A stretch of DNA of 64,000 nucleotides from Acidimicrobiales bacterium (GTDB lineage Bacteria > Actinomycetota > Acidimicrobiia > Acidimicrobiales > Bin134): positions 3,172,504 through 3,236,503 of the forward strand of contig OZ220474.1 of NCBI GenBank assembly GCA_965115985.1, in the 5' to 3' direction. The notes under the pieces were generated by a model. That model saw only the letters and a program-made list of their open reading frames with translations, had not been told where the DNA came from and did no database searches. A program made the position numbers and the translations under genes. Below are positions 25,231 through 34,800 of the stretch, in pieces (position 1 is the stretch's first letter; every line of letters begins with the position of its first letter).

Positions 25231-25523
25231 CGGTTCGTCTCCCTCGCGAAATACGCGGCCGCCTTCCCCAGGATCTCCAGATCGATCTCCTGCTGGGCCA
25301 CCCGTCTGCGCAACCTTTTCAACTCCTCGCGCTCGGACACGCTCAACGCCTCGGGATCGGCCGCTCGCTCGCGCTGCTCACGATCGGCGGTGACCCAGTT
25401 CCACAGCGTTGCCTCGCTGATCCCCAACGACCGGGCCACCCCCGCAACAGAGCGACCCGACGACACCGCCAACGCCACAGCCTCACGACGAAACTCAGGC
25501 GGATACTTCGACACACGACCCAT
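25227..25523 (-). CDS. IS3-family transposase OrfA (HTH)
   Basis: MGRVSKYPPEFRREAVALAV...SIS(E)ATLWNWV is a typical IS3 OrfA. The start is placed at Met34 of the ORF so that it lies inside the IR. Confidence 0.85.
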   Translation of the reverse strand: MGRVSKYPPEFRREAVALAVSSGRSVAGVARSLGISEATLWNWVTADREQRERAADPEALSVSEREELKRLRRRVAQQEIDLEILGKAAAYFARETNR

Positions 25524-25747
25524 ACGGGCCTCCTTCCCCAGGGACCGAACCCCCATAATCAGATGTCCACCAAACCGGGGCAACTCCATCACATCGAGAA
25601 CAAACTCCAATCGGGTGTTCATCGCTTTGGTTGGGTTTCGCTAGTTCTTTTGCCCGGACGATGTGTCCGGGGACCGGTGGGTTCCAGTTTTGTGCTGTTC
25701 GGGTGGGGTTGAGAGGTTCTGGTGGGTCGAGGATGTAGGGTGGCGGG

Positions 25748-26140
25748 ATGGGAAGTCGTCGGGTCGTGAAGGTGCTGGAGCTTCCGGAGGATATGGCGCA
25801 CTTCAAGTTCCGGCACGGGTACCATCGTCCGGTGGTCCAGTTCATCATGGACTGGAACGACCAGCCGGAGCGGCGCGTGGAGATGCTCTGCGGAGGGAAG
25901 GAACCCGTAGGTAAGGTTCCCAGTGATCTGGTGCTCATCGCTGCGGTCGTCCACGGCCTGTGCGACCGGGACGGGATTGCGGTGCCCGAGTGGGTGGCGT
26001 CTCATCGTCTTCGACCCCCGATCACGATGTCTCGTCAACCGGCGGACTCGGAGTGGGGTCGGTGGGTCGTGTCTCAGGCACCACCCGTCTGTTTCGAACA
26101 CGGGGTCTTCTTCGAGGCCGAGATGCTGTCGGCCACGTGA
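25748..26140 (+). CDS. Hypothetical protein, upstream partner of an NTase-like gene (possible antitoxin)
   Basis: 130-codon ORF whose TGA overlaps the GTG of the next gene (GTGA at 26137-26140). No domain was recognised. Confidence 0.4.
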   Translation: MGSRRVVKVLELPEDMAHFKFRHGYHRPVVQFIMDWNDQPERRVEMLCGGKEPVGKVPSDLVLIAAVVHGLCDRDGIAVPEWVASHRLRPPITMSRQPADSEWGRWVVSQAPPVCFEHGVFFEAEMLSAT

Positions 26141-26751
26141 GTGGTACGGAGGAGAAGTACTTCGACTCCGACCGGCTGATCGAGCTGCTCGGTAAGGTCG
26201 ATGCCCAACTGGGAGACGGTGAACCGATACGGGTCGTGGCCTGCGGGGGAGCGGTGCTGGCCTTGAGGTACGACTTTCGCATCACCAACGATGTCGACAT
26301 CATTTCGGAGCCATTCCCCGACGAACTTAAACAGGCGGCGAGGGCGGTGGCGGAGCGTCACGGCCTTCAGGATCAATGGGTCAACGATGCCGCCAAGATC
26401 TCGATTCCGAAACTCGCACCTCGGTTCGAGACGATCTACCAGGGTCGAAGACTGGAGGTTCTGAGTCCCGGCCCTCGCTTCTTGTTGGCCATGAAGCTGG
26501 CCGCAGGCAGAGACCGTGACCTGGAAGACGCCATACTGCTGGTGAGAGAAATAGGGTACAGCAGCATCGAGGACGTTCTGAACCTGGTCGAGACGGCCTG
26601 GGGACACACGCATTTCTCAATGTCGGTGGAGTACTTCACCCGGCAGGTCTACGAACTCGCCCAGCAGGAACAGCCCCATCTGCCGTCGGAGGCCCCCCAC
26701 GGATTCACCTCACGCCCGGATCCCGGCACCGGGCTAGACACCGGCCCGTAG
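26137..26751 (+). CDS. AbiEii/DUF6036-like nucleotidyltransferase-fold protein (possible toxin)
   Basis: VVACGGAVLALRYDFRITNDVDII is a GG..x..R.T.DxD pattern like AbiEii-type NTases. About 204 aa from GTG 26137. The track ORF from 25960 overlaps the upstream gene. Confidence 0.5.
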   Translation: MSGTEEKYFDSDRLIELLGKVDAQLGDGEPIRVVACGGAVLALRYDFRITNDVDIISEPFPDELKQAARAVAERHGLQDQWVNDAAKISIPKLAPRFETIYQGRRLEVLSPGPRFLLAMKLAAGRDRDLEDAILLVREIGYSSIEDVLNLVETAWGHTHFSMSVEYFTRQVYELAQQEQPHLPSEAPHGFTSRPDPGTGLDTGP

Positions 26752-26774
26752 ACCATTCGTCATCGCCTGGCCCG

Positions 26775-26791
26775 CCCCCCCCCCCCCCCCC
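26775..26791 (+). repeat. C17 homopolymer tract at the right edge of the accessory island
   Basis: 17 consecutive C residues read directly from the sequence, followed by an AT-rich 60 bp. Confidence 0.9.
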
Positions 26792-26867
26792 GAACCGGTG
26801 GCCATCTGTTTAGGGGAGGGAATAATGTGTCTAATATGCATTGAGAGTTATTAGAGGTTGTCAGCAG

Positions 26868-27581
26868 CTATAGAGCGGCGCGGCCGGTGCTGAGGCCGCC
26901 GTCCACGTAGATGACTTGGCCGGTCACGTAGCGGGCGTCGTTGGAGGCCAGGAATCCCACTACGTCGGCGATGTCGTCGGGGCGGCCGGTTCTGCCCAGT
27001 GGCACGGCCCGGGCCCTTTGTTCGCCCCGTTCGCCCTCGTGGTTCTTCCTGGTGCCCTCGGTGAGAATCGTTCCCGGGCCGACGGCGTTGGCTCGGATGC
27101 CTTTGGGGCCCAATTCGAGTGCGGTCTGGCGGGTGAAGCTCTCCACTCCGGCCTTGGACGCCGGGTAGATGCCCACTCCCGGTGAGTTGGTGTACACCGC
27201 GCTCGACGACAGGTTCACGATGGCGGCCCCCGGTCCCATCAACGGAACCAGCGCCTGAGTGCAATGAAACGTTCCCATCAGGTTCACCTGCAACACCCTC
27301 TGCACATCCTCGGGGGTCATGGAGTCCATGTCGGAAAAGATCCAGATGCCGGCGTTGTTCACCAGCACGTCCACCCGATCCAGGGACTCGGCCAACGTGG
27401 CCACCGAATCGGGGTCGGAAACGTCGCACCGCCGCCACCGGCCACCGAGCATTGCCGCGGTGGCCGCGGCGGTGTCGGGGTTCTGGTCGACCGCGACGAC
27501 CTCGTGGCCATCGGCCGCCAAACGCTGCGAGATCGCCCGCCCGAGTCCCTGACCGGCTCCGGTCACCACTGCTGTTCCCAT
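26868..27581 (-). CDS. SDR-family oxidoreductase
   Basis: MGTAVVTGAGQGLG Rossmann motif and YPASKAGV catalytic motif. The start is placed at Met80 of the track ORF. Confidence 0.85.
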   Translation of the reverse strand: MGTAVVTGAGQGLGRAISQRLAADGHEVVAVDQNPDTAAATAAMLGGRWRRCDVSDPDSVATLAESLDRVDVLVNNAGIWIFSDMDSMTPEDVQRVLQVNLMGTFHCTQALVPLMGPGAAIVNLSSSAVYTNSPGVGIYPASKAGVESFTRQTALELGPKGIRANAVGPGTILTEGTRKNHEGERGEQRARAVPLGRTGRPDDIADVVGFLASNDARYVTGQVIYVDGGLSTGRAAL

Positions 27582-27628
27582 GATCCCAGCATGGCAGATC
27601 GCTCCCGGCGGGTTGCTACAGTCCCGCC

Positions 27629-28837
27629 GTGCATCACCAGCATCATTCCTACCGCTGGGTGATGCTTGGCGCTCTGTGGGCGGTGTACTTCTCCTTCGGC
27701 CTGACGGTTTTCTCCATGGCCCCACTGGTGGAGACCGTCCGCGAAGACCTCCAAATGAGCAAGGGAGCCATGGGAAGCGTGCTGGGGGCCTGGCCGCTGG
27801 TGTACCTGGTGGCGGCACTCCCCTCGGGCACCCTGGTGGACCGGCTGGGACTGCGCCGGTCGCTGGCCATGGCCACGGTGATCATCTCGGCCTCCGCGCT
27901 GTTGCGGTCGATCGCCGGCAGCTTCGTCGGAATGTTCGGGGCGGTGGCGGTGTTCGGGCTCGGTGGCCCGCTGGTGTCGGTGGGAGCCCCCAAGCTGATC
28001 AGCGTGTGGTTCGACGACCGGGAACGGGCCCTGGCCATGGGCATAACCATGACCGCGCCGGCCATCGGCGGAGTACTCCCCCTCACCACCGCCAACAGCG
28101 TGTTGATGCCCGCCTTCGACCAGAGTTGGCGGGCGACACTGATGGTGTACGCCCTGATCACGATCGCGGTGATCGCCATCTGGCTGGCGGCTGCCGTGGC
28201 GGGTGGGCGGATCGCTCCCGGCATCGACGGCAACATCGACCCCGCTCCCGGGTTCTCCGGCGCATGGGACCTGCTGAACCGCCGAGCGGTGAGGATCATG
28301 CTGGTAATGGCCGTGGGGATGTTCTTCTACAACCATTCCCTCAACGGGTGGCTGCCCACGATAATCGAGGATCAGGGATTCTCCAGCTCGGGGGCCGGTT
28401 ATCTGGCCGGCACGGTGACGGCCCTGGGCATCATCGGGGCGCTTGTCGGGCCGCGATCAATACCCGAGAACAGTCGGATCGCGGTTCTGGCCCTGACGTT
28501 CGCGCTGTTCGGCGGGGCCACCATCCTGCTCGAGGCCGGGATCAGGCCGACCACCTTCATCGGACTGACCCTCATAGGCCTGAGCAAGGGGCTGGCGGTG
28601 CCCATCGCCCTGCTGGTGATGATGCAGCTCCCCGGTGTCACCCAACGCAACATGGGAGCAGCCGGAGGGCTGTTCTTCACCGCGGGCGAGGCCGGGGGCG
28701 TGACCGGCCCGATCCTGTTCGGCGTCCTGTCCGATTTCGGAGGCTCCACCGCCGGATTGGTGCTGCTTACCGCGGTGACCGTGGCCACCGCGGTGCTGGC
28801 CCTGGGGCTCCGCTCGGAAATGAGCCGCTCCCCCTAG
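27629..28837 (+). CDS. MFS transporter
   Basis: About 12 hydrophobic segments and an MFS-type loop motif LVDRLGLRRS. GTG start, with an alternative ATG at 27662. Confidence 0.8.
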   Translation: MHHQHHSYRWVMLGALWAVYFSFGLTVFSMAPLVETVREDLQMSKGAMGSVLGAWPLVYLVAALPSGTLVDRLGLRRSLAMATVIISASALLRSIAGSFVGMFGAVAVFGLGGPLVSVGAPKLISVWFDDRERALAMGITMTAPAIGGVLPLTTANSVLMPAFDQSWRATLMVYALITIAVIAIWLAAAVAGGRIAPGIDGNIDPAPGFSGAWDLLNRRAVRIMLVMAVGMFFYNHSLNGWLPTIIEDQGFSSSGAGYLAGTVTALGIIGALVGPRSIPENSRIAVLALTFALFGGATILLEAGIRPTTFIGLTLIGLSKGLAVPIALLVMMQLPGVTQRNMGAAGGLFFTAGEAGGVTGPILFGVLSDFGGSTAGLVLLTAVTVATAVLALGLRSEMSRSP

Positions 28838-28865
28838 TTGGTGGTGCTTCGGGTTCGGGCTGGGA

Positions 28866-31800
28866 CTAGGCGGTTGTGGTTGTGGTTCGGGTTAGGGCGG
28901 TGCAGGCGTCGTTGGCGAGGTCTGCGGGGTTGTCGCCGTGGTTGGCGTTGGCGAGGCGGCGGCATTCCTCGGCGAGTTCACGGTCGAATTGCTGGGGGTG
29001 GGTGGCGGCGAGGGTGTCGCCGGCTTTTTGGCGGGCTATGGCTTCGCGACGGGAGTAGGGCAAAGAGCACGTGTCGGCGACGCCGTCGCCGTCGGAGTCC
29101 AATGGGTAGGTGGTGGGTCCGCCGAGGGATTGGTTGGCGCAGTAGGAGGGGCCGGTGATGGTTCCCGAGTAGTAGGGCCCGCCGTCGTCGATGGGCGGGT
29201 ATCCGGGTGCGGCGAGGGCGTCGCCGCCGCAGGGTTCGTCGCCTTCGAGGGTGGCGCAGGCGGCGTTGACCAGTTTCCGGTATTGGTCGGGGTGGCGGTT
29301 GGCGAGGTTGGTGATCGCGTTCTGGCGGGCGATGGCTTCTCGGCGGGTGTAGGGCAAAGAGCAGGTGTCGGCGGTGCCGTCGCCGTCGGCGTCGAGGGCG
29401 AACAGGCGGGCACCGCCCAGGGATAGGTCGGCGCAGAACCTCGGCCCGGTGACGGTCCCGGAGTAGTAGTCGTCGCCGACCGTCGATGCCTCGGTGGGGG
29501 TCACTTCCTCGGAGACGGTGATCGCACCGTCTCCGACCGTGTTTTGGGCTCTCACCGCAAAAATGTAGGCGACGGTGCCGGTACCGCTGTCGAGGCCGGT
29601 CAAAGTGACGGTCGAAGCGTCGGCGGCCATCGTGGTCCACTCCCCCCAGTCGCCGACGCCGATGCGGGTGCGGTGCTGCCAGGCGTTGATCGCCGAACCC
29701 CCGTCACCCGTGGAGGTCCACGCCAGGGTGATCTGCCCGTCGCCGGCGGTCACGGTGAGTTCCGGGGCGGACGGCACCTTGGCGGGGGTGGCGGACTCGG
29801 CGGCGACCGCGCCGGTGCCGGCGGTGTTGGTGGCTCGAACCTCGAAGGTGTAAGCGACCCCGTTTTCCAGGTTCGGTATTGGCATACCGGTGGCGTCGGC
29901 GGCCATCGTCACCCATTCGCCGCCCGTGGTGCGTACTTGCCAGGCGGTGATCGGCGAACCCCCGTCACCGGTCGAGGCCCATACCAGGGCCACCATCGAA
30001 TCACCGGCCGTCGCGGCCAGTTCCGGGGCGGGTGGTGCTCCTGCCGGGGTGGCTTCGGCGGTGCCGGTCGCGCCGGGTCCGACGTCGTTAACGGCTCGCA
30101 CCTCGAAGGTGTAGGCAACACCGTTGGTCAGGTTGGGTACCGCCATGGTGGTCGTGGTCGGGTCGGCCACGACCACCCATTGGCCGCCGGTGGTGCGGTG
30201 TTGCCAGGCGGTGATCGGCGAGCCCCCGTCGCCGGTGGACGCCCATACCAGGGTCACCATCGCGTCGGCGGCCGTGGCGGTCACCGTCGGTGCCGCCGGC
30301 ACCGTGGCCGGGGTGGCCGACACGCTACCCGCGGGGCCCTCGCCGATGGCGTTGGTGGCTCGCACCTCGAAGGTGTAGGTGACGCCGTTGGTCAGGTTCT
30401 CGACGACGTGGCCGCTGCCGGCCACAGTGGTCCATCTTCCGAACTCGGTGTCGTCGGTTCTGGTTCGGTATTGCCAACCGGTGGTCTCCGACGCCCAGGT
30501 CGCCTCGCCGGGCGCGCCCGGGGTGCCGGGGGTCCACGACAGGGTTACTTCGCCGTCGCCGCGGGTGGCGCCCACCGATTCGGGGGCGGGCGGCACCGCA
30601 GAGGGTGTCACCGATTCGGACGCGAACGCGCCGCCCTTGATCTGCGGGTTGGCGGTGGTGGCGCGAACCTCGAACCGGTAAGCGATCCCGTTCGACAGGT
30701 CGCCCACGGTGTGGGTCGCGGTGGTGACGGTGCTGTCGGCGATGTTGGTCCATGAGCCGTAGCCGCCGTCGCCCTGGCGTTGGCGGTACTCCCAGCCGAC
30801 GATGGTGCTGCCCGCCGAACCAGCAGCGGTCCACGACAACACCACTCGGGCGTCGCCGGCGGTGGCGACCAGGGTGCCCGGAGCCGGCGGGCCGATCGGG
30901 GTCACCGCCGAGGTCTCAAAATGGGGGCCCGGCCCGTAAGCGTTACGGGCCCGGACTTGGAACGTGTAGGTGCGCCCGTTCACCAGGTTGCGCACCACCG
31001 CCCCGGTTTCCGCGGATGGTCTGGTGGCGGTGTCCGCGGTGGGGGCGACGGTGGTGCCCAGGGTCTCCCACGCGTCATAAACCCCGCCGGTGGTCTTTTT
31101 GCGTACTTCGTAGGCGACGACCCGGTTCAGGTTCAGTCCGGGTTGGGCGGGTTTGGCGACCCTGATCGTCGCTTCGCCGTCGCCGGCTTCCACCAGTGCC
31201 CGCACCGGAGCGCTGGGCGGGCGACCCGGGGTGGTTGGTAGTGCTTCGGCGGCGGCACCTGCGCCGATGGCGTTGCGGGCTCTTACTCGGAACGTGTAGG
31301 AGGTGCCGTTGGCCAACGCGGTGTCGTCGGCGGCGCCGGCGACGGCGAATTTCGTCACCGTCGCCGTGGTGGTGGCGGCGTGGCCACCGTCCACTTTTTG
31401 CCAATCGCCGGGGGCGTCGCAACCAGTGGTGGTCTCGCAGTACTCCCAACCGGTGATCGCCGGGCCGCCGTCGCCCGCGGAGACCCACGACAACACCACG
31501 CTGCGGTCGCCGCCTTTTGCGGTCAAATTCAGCGGGGCGGGCGGGGCCACCCCCGGTGTCGCCGGGCGGCGCGACTCGATGATCTGCCCGTACCACGGAC
31601 TCTCGTGGTCGGTGTTGTTGGTCGCCCTGACCCTGAATCGGTAGGCGACGCCGTTGTCCAAGCCGTCGACCACGTAACCATCCGACGCGCCGCCCGCGAA
31701 TTGTTCGCCGACGCCGATCGCCGTCCACGGCTGCCACGCTGCGTCGCCCACCCGATGGGAGTACTCCCACACCGTGTCGGCGTAGGTGCCCTCGTCGTCG

Positions 31801-34800
31801 GTGGTCGCGGCCACGAACGCGCCCCCCGCCGACGGTTTGTACTGAAGCTTCAACGTGGCTCGACTCGTGCCCGGCTCCACGTTCAGATAAGGGGGCTCGT
31901 TGGAACTATCGGGGTTGGCTGCACCGGGGAACGGCGGAGCCCCCCAGACGAACCTCAACTCGCCATGTGTACCTGCGCCGAGCCGGTTGACGTGACGCAA
32001 CCTGATGGTGTACTCGGTGCCGAGTTTTTTGGTTACGTCGTGGAAGGGTTTCCAACCGACGGGATTGTCGTCGCCGTCGAAGCGATGCCAGGTGCTCCAC
32101 GGCCCGTCGCCGGTTCTGAACGAGTACTCGTCCCTCAAGCGATCCGGACTGTCGTCGGCGTTGTCGAGCCTGTCGCGGTAAACGTGAAAAACCGCCTCCG
32201 CCCCCGCCGTTTTGGGGTCGGCGGAGTACCCGGCGTGGATGAAACCATCGGGTGAGCGCGGGACGTGGGCCTCGATGCGGGCATGGGCCACCGCGGAGGG
32301 CAGGCCCCCGGTGTTCGCGTCGTCGTCGGAGCGGTGGAAGGCGTTCAACGCCCGCACCACGATGTAGAAATCTCGGTTGTCCTCGAAGTAAGCGACGCCG
32401 TCGGGCAACCCGTCGGCGTTCGGGGGGCGGGGTATCGTCACCGAAGCAGTCGCCGCGCACTCCGGTGTCGTTGTCGCGTCGCAGATCGTTTTCCAGTCGG
32501 TGGAGCTCGCCAACGCGGTGGTGGTCTTGTCCAGTTTGTACTGCCATTTCGTCACCGGGGAGCCGCCGTCGCCGCCGGCCGCCCACGTGATCGTGATGCG
32601 GCCCTCACCGGATTCCGCGTCGTAGGCCGGGGTCAGCGTCACGTTGGTGGGAGCGGCGGGTCTTTGGCCGGGGTAGTGGTCCTTCGTGGTCTGCGCATAG
32701 GCGCCGCCGCCGGTGGCGTTGGTCGCCCGCACCCGGAACCCGTAAGCGGTGCCCGCGGTCAAGCCCGACACCATATAGGTTTGTTCGTCGGTGGCGGTGA
32801 TGCTCGCGCCACCGGTGCCGTCGCTGGTGGCGGTCACCGGGATCGCCTTCCACTCGCCCCACTGGCCGCCGGCGGCTTTTTGGGAGTATTCGTAGCGAAC
32901 GATGGGGGAGCCGCCGTTGTTCAGTTCCCCGCTCGTGTCGAGGGGGGGAGTCCAGCTCAGCGTCACCGAGTCCTTGCCCGGCGTGCCCGCCAAAGCGGTG
33001 GGCGCGCCGGGAACGTCGCCGGGGTTCACATCCGCGCTGGTGGCCGGGGTGCCCGCACCGTTTTTGTTGGTCGCTCTCACCTGGAAACGGTAAACCCACT
33101 CGTTCGCCAAACCCACCACCACATAACCCCGAGTAGCCGCGCTGCTGGCGGGAACCGCCGTCCACCGATCACCATCGACAAAAGCCGGAATGGTGGAACC
33201 CTCGGCCGCGCCCTTGTAGCGGTATTGCCAGCCGACGATGGGCGAGCCGCCGTCGCCGCCGGGTTGCCACGACAGCTCCACCGACCCGCTCGAGGGCGTC
33301 GCTTCCAATCCTCGGGCCCGGCCGGGCACGCCCGAGGCCACCACCCCGGTCGCTTGCGAGTGGGGGCCCGCACCGTTCGCGTTGACCGCTCGTACCCGGA
33401 ACCCGTAAACCGTGCCGTTGCTCAAACCGGTGACGGTGTGGGAGTCGTAGGCGTTGTACTCGCCGCTGGTGAAATCCAAGAACCCCGAAGCTGCCACCAT
33501 GATCGTCCACCCCGACCAGTCCCCATCACCAGTTTTGCGGGACGACTCGTAACGCAACACCGGCGAAAAACCGTTCGCCTCGACCGCCGCGTCCCTGCCG
33601 TCGGCCACCTTCGACCACGACAACGTGACCTGCGAATCCCCCGCCACCGCCTCGAAATTGGCGGGAGCCGCCGGAACCGACGACACCCGGCCCGCGTCGG
33701 GGAACGCGAGCGCCGCCCCGGCGACGCCGTCGGCGTCCACCGCCCGCACCTCGAACCCGTAGCGTTTGCCGACCGTCAAACCCGTCACCGTGTGGGTCGT
33801 GGTACGACCGTCGCTGCCGGGAACCGGCAACCAGCTCGACACCGTCGCGTCCTTGTCGCCGACCACCCAGAACGAGTACTCGTAGCGCACCACCGGAACA
33901 CCACCGGAACCCGAAGCGGGACCCCACCGCAACGTCACCGAACCATCACCAACGACCACCGCAGGCACCACCGAAACAGGAGCACCCGGCCCACCACCAA
34001 CCACCACAGTCGCAGTCGCAGTAGGCGTAGGCGTAGGCGTAGGCGTGGGGGTGGCAGTCGCAGTCGCAGTCGCAGTGGCAGTGGGAGTGGCAGTGGGCGT
34101 GGCAGTGGGAGTGGCAGTGGGAGTGGCAGTGGGCGTGGCAGTGGGAGTGGCAGTGGGAGTGGCAGTGGGAGTGGCAGTGGGAGTGGCAGTAGTCGTGAAA
34201 TCGGTCCGCACCTCGACGCCGGCAGTGGTCGTGCAGGCAGTGTTGACCCCGACGACACCCACCTTGTAACCCCTGGAAGCGACCAGATTGGAGAAAGTAT
34301 GGGTCTTGGCAGTTACAGGGACATCGTCACCGAATTTAACACCCGCAGAAGTGTAAATGCGAAGTATATAACTCACCGTCGCACAAGAACCAGCAGGCCC
34401 GGCCTGCCAAGTAACAACAGCATCCCAAGTATCATTACCAGAATTATGAGCAGGAGCCACCACAACATTAGTCACCGGACTCGGCCTCGTCTGAGCAGGC
34501 GTAGCAGTCGCAGTAGGCGTAGCAGTAGGCGTAGGTGTAGCAGTAGCAGTAGGCGTAGGTGTAGCAGCAGGATCAGCACTAGTAGTAAAGCTGGAAACCA
34601 CTATTTCTCCATTACTCGGGGAACATGACGGGTTGACCGAACGGACACCAACTCGGTACGAGGTGGAAGCACTCAAGCCGGAATGAGAATGAGACCTAGA
34701 CATCACAGTTCTAAGACTTCCGCTTACTATACTATTACCCGAAGAACCCCTATACACCCAAGCAAGCCAACGACTAGCTTCGCACCCGCTCGCCGACAAA

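Larger units (their letters stand above)
24309..25588 (-). mobile_element. Intact IS3-family insertion sequence (1280 bp)
   Basis: 25-bp terminal inverted repeats TGGAGTT(C/G)CCCCGGTTTGGTGGACA at 24309-24333 and 25564-25588 (24/25 match, TG..CA ends). Flanked by a 3-bp direct repeat TCA (24306-24308 and 25589-25591). Two overlapping transposase ORFs. Confidence 0.9.

Noticed and set aside
26775-26791. The C/G homopolymers at 26775, 34995 and 52570 as sequencing or scaffolding artefacts.
   Set aside because: This was not rejected outright and is kept as a caveat. It was disfavoured because the tracts differ in length, have unique flanks, and two of them lie in equivalent positions relative to analogous genes. 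Read-level confirmation is still needed.
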